DNA of 64,000 bases from Patescibacteria group bacterium (GTDB lineage Bacteria > Patescibacteriota > Minisyncoccia > Phycocordibacterales > UBA9973), in assembly GCA_018816985.1 (NCBI GenBank), contig JAHIVA010000049.1:2466-66465 (forward strand). Direction: 5' to 3'. The notes below the pieces were generated by a model that was given only the letters and a program-made list of their open reading frames with translations, was not told the DNA's origin and ran no database searches. Positions 61,751 through 64,000 of this stretch are shown here, in pieces (position 1 is the stretch's first letter; each line of letters begins with the position of its first letter). A program made the position numbers and the translations under genes.

Positions 61751-61780
61751 TTGTTTATGCTTCTCACTTATTGTTATAAT
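61751..61780 (+). promoter_or_regulatory. Promoter TTGTTT-18-TGtTATAAT, 6 nt before the ATG at 61787
   Basis: Read directly from the sequence; implies a leaderless transcript. Confidence 0.5.
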
Positions 61781-61786
61781 TAATAG

Positions 61787-62260
61787 ATGGAGATAATAAA
61801 AAAGTCTAATGAAAAATTAGTTTGGTCCGCTTTGGAGTATGAAGAAAGAGACCGAAATCCAGACTGGTTTTGGGCACTTGGTATTATTGTAGTCACTAGC
61901 TCAATTGCTGCAATTATTTTTGAAAATTATTTTTTTGCAGTTTTACTTATCCTCTCTGGAATTTTATTGGGATTTTTTGCGATTAAAAAACCGGACGTAG
62001 TTACCTATGAATTAAACTCAAGGGGATTAATGATTAGAAACCGTCTTTACCCCTATGAAAATATTAAATCTTTTTGGGTTCAAGAAGCAAAACCGACACT
62101 TTTTATTCATTCAGAAAGAGCGTTTATGCCAATTATCTCTATGCCGATAGATGAAACAATTATCGCCGATATTCATTCAATTATGCTTTCAAAAAATATT
62201 GCGGAAGTTGAAATGAAAGAGCATGCTGCCGAAAAAATTATGGAAGTTCTTGGATTTTAA
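61787..62260 (+). CDS. Hypothetical 2-TM membrane protein
   Basis: 157 aa. No family recognised. Confidence 0.45.
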   Translation: MEIIKKSNEKLVWSALEYEERDRNPDWFWALGIIVVTSSIAAIIFENYFFAVLLILSGILLGFFAIKKPDVVTYELNSRGLMIRNRLYPYENIKSFWVQEAKPTLFIHSERAFMPIISMPIDETIIADIHSIMLSKNIAEVEMKEHAAEKIMEVLGF

Positions 62261-62271
62261 CTCCGGCTAAA

Positions 62272-62817
62272 CTAGCCCTGTTTTTTCAACCAACTAATCA
62301 TCTTATTAAAAGTACCAGAGCCAGCTTCTCCATCTGCATTTAATCCCTGGTCTTTTTGAAAAGCAGTTACCGCTTTTTGGGTACTTGTTCCATAATCATT
62401 GTCAACTTTATCAGAAGTATTGTTGTAAATATTTAGAAAATTTTGTACCGTACCCACTCGTGTGCCTCTAGATTTTAATTTCATTAAAACATTATTGGTT
62501 ATAAGATTTTGCAATTCATTTATCAAGCTTTGATTTTTATAGGTAACTGGTTGAGTAGGAGCTGGAGTCACTGTCACTGGAATCGGCTCTGAAATGGAGC
62601 CTTCTATTGATTGTGCCTGTGATAAAGTTTTTAATTCTTCCGTTAGATCTACTAATTGTTTTGCTAAATCCTCATTTTCTTTTTGCAGTTGCCCTATTTT
62701 TTGACTAGCTGCAAATTCAGCACCCGACTGCAAAGTGGAAATAGACCAATACGCAATAAGTCCAAGCACTCCTAAAACTACAACTGAAAATAAGGCAAAT
62801 TTTAAATTATCCATCAT
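62272..62817 (-). CDS. Membrane-anchored protein with a C-terminal peptidoglycan-binding (PG_binding_1-like) domain
   Basis: VQNFLN....DNDYGTSTQKAVTAFQKDQGLNADGEAGSGTF. The start is set at MMDNLKF because TTGGCA-17-TAGAAT lies 7 nt upstream. Confidence 0.6.
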   Translation of the reverse strand: MMDNLKFALFSVVVLGVLGLIAYWSISTLQSGAEFAASQKIGQLQKENEDLAKQLVDLTEELKTLSQAQSIEGSISEPIPVTVTPAPTQPVTYKNQSLINELQNLITNNVLMKLKSRGTRVGTVQNFLNIYNNTSDKVDNDYGTSTQKAVTAFQKDQGLNADGEAGSGTFNKMISWLKKQG

Positions 62818-62881
62818 ATATACCATTCTACTAAAAAATTTCAATATTGCCAAAGTTTCAACCCTAAATAGTGTCAATGTG

Positions 62882-62953
62882 TGCCCTCAGTAGGAATCGA
62901 ACCTACATCGCAAACTCCGCAAGCTCGCATTCTATCCATTAAACTATGAGGGC
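62882..62953 (-). tRNA. tRNA-Arg, anticodon GCG
   Basis: Acceptor is GCCCTCA/TGAGGGC and anticodon arm is CGAGC-TTGCGGA-GTTTG (two G:U pairs). T arm is GTAGG-TTCGATT-CCTAC. Confidence 0.75.
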
Positions 62954-63040
62954 CTATATTTAAATCCTTTTACAATTTTATGCTAACAGTTTTTAACTAA
63001 AAATTCAAATTAAAAAATATTTCCAAAAAAATAAATATAC

Positions 63041-63069
63041 TTGATTCGTATACAAAATTGAGATATCAT
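63041..63069 (+). promoter_or_regulatory. clpP promoter TTGATT-17-TATCAT, 6 nt before the ATG
   Basis: Read directly from the sequence. Confidence 0.5.
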
Positions 63070-63075
63070 ATAGAT

Positions 63076-63681
63076 ATGTTAATACCAACTGTTATCGAAA
63101 AATCACAATTTGGAGAAAGAGCCTATGATATATATTCTCGCCTTTTGCGTGAAAGAATTGTTTTTTTAGCCGGACCAATAGACGACAATGCTGCCAATAT
63201 TGTTATCGCCCAACTTCTTTTTCTTGAATCCGAAGACGCAAAAAAAGATATTTTTCTTTATATAAATTCTCCCGGGGGATCGGTTACCTCAACAATGGCC
63301 ATTGTCGACACAATGAACCATGTGCGTCCAGATATTTCCACTTTTTGTGTCGGACTCGCTGCTTCCGGTGCAGCTATAATTCTATCAGCTGGTAAAAAAA
63401 GTAAACGCTATATCTTGCCTAATGCCGAAGTTATGATTCACCAGCCAATGGGTGGAGTAGAAGGCCAAGCAACGGATATCGCCATCACCGCCAAACATAT
63501 TTTAAAAACAAGAGACAGTTTAAATAAACTTTTAGCAAAAAATACTGGTAAAGACCTGCCTCAAGTAGAAAAAGACGTGGAACGAGATTTCTTTATGGAT
63601 GCGACAGAAGCTAAAAAATATGGAATTGTTGATGAAATAGTCACTAAATCAAAAAATTCCACTCCGAAACAAGAAAACTAG
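63076..63681 (+). CDS. clpP: ATP-dependent Clp protease proteolytic subunit
   Basis: [18 protein letters not shown]...[11 protein letters not shown]...MIHQP. Confidence 0.9.
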   Translation: MLIPTVIEKSQFGERAYDIYSRLLRERIVFLAGPIDDNAANIVIAQLLFLESEDAKKDIFLYINSPGGSVTSTMAIVDTMNHVRPDISTFCVGLAASGAAIILSAGKKSKRYILPNAEVMIHQPMGGVEGQATDIAITAKHILKTRDSLNKLLAKNTGKDLPQVEKDVERDFFMDATEAKKYGIVDEIVTKSKNSTPKQEN

Positions 63682-63894
63682 ACATTTATCTTTTAATTTG
63701 GTATATTAAATATGTTAAATTTTAAAAATTTATTTCATTTAATTTATAGTCGGTTCACGGGAATATTCCATATATTATGAAGTTTACAAGAGAAAACATG
63801 AGCAAAAATACAAATCTTTTTACTAAGGTCTTTTTCTTGAAAGAAATAAAATCACAAATATAGTGGCTTGTTCTTGTAAGCTGACTCAAAGCTT

Positions 63895-64000
63895 ATGAGC
63901 GTAACAATAATAATTCTGATTGGTGTCGCAGTGCTCCTTTTGGGTGCGGGTGTTGGGTATTATCTTCGTCTGATTATTGCTCTAGGAAAAAGAAGGTCTA
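63895..64000 (+). CDS. rny: N-terminal fragment of a membrane-anchored protein, possibly ribonuclease Y (runs off window)
   Basis: MSVTIIILIGVAVLLLGAGVGYYLRLIIALGKRRS resembles the RNase Y N-terminal TM anchor. Only 35 codons are visible. Confidence 0.35.
   Translation, partial: MSVTIIILIGVAVLLLGAGVGYYLRLIIALGKRRS

Overview
AT-rich, tightly packed bacterial window. The gene content points, by inference only, to a Candidate Phyla Radiation / Patescibacteria (Parcubacteria-like) genome. Supporting content: an S10-spc ribosomal superoperon with no L30 gene, a str operon, secE-nusG-rplK with no rplA, SmpB/tmRNA, FtsH, a B12-dependent class II RNR, PilMNO, an archaeal-type UMP kinase, many small membrane proteins, and almost no Shine-Dalgarno sequences. 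I call about 90 CDS, 8 tRNAs and 1 tmRNA, plus several promoters, terminators and repeat families. Seven observations are the most unusual. (1) A 509-nt structured, G+C-rich non-coding insert splits the normally invariant rplB-rpsS junction. (2) The ribosomal operon spacers hold several families of palindromes and conserved stop-to-start linkers. One family has four 42-50 bp near-perfect palindromes with a CTTAGGGGAATTCCCCTAAG core. (3) A Y1 (IS200/RAYT-like) transposase gene is flanked by identical 25-nt hairpins and carries an inverted copy inside its own ORF. (4) At least nine genes show a '-10 box, 6 nt, ATG' geometry that implies leaderless mRNAs. (5) The r-protein promoters are followed at about +1 by hairpin plus U-tract elements. 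(6) A RelE/ParE-RHH toxin-antitoxin cassette sits between fusA and tuf. (7) Single items include a tRNA-Ile(UAU), a G+C-rich island with one of the few canonical SD sites, a 567-aa protein with about 40 Cys, and a 37-aa Cys/Pro-rich ORF not in the ORF track. No CRISPR array or rRNA is present. All functional calls come from reading the translations and sequence by eye; no database search was possible.
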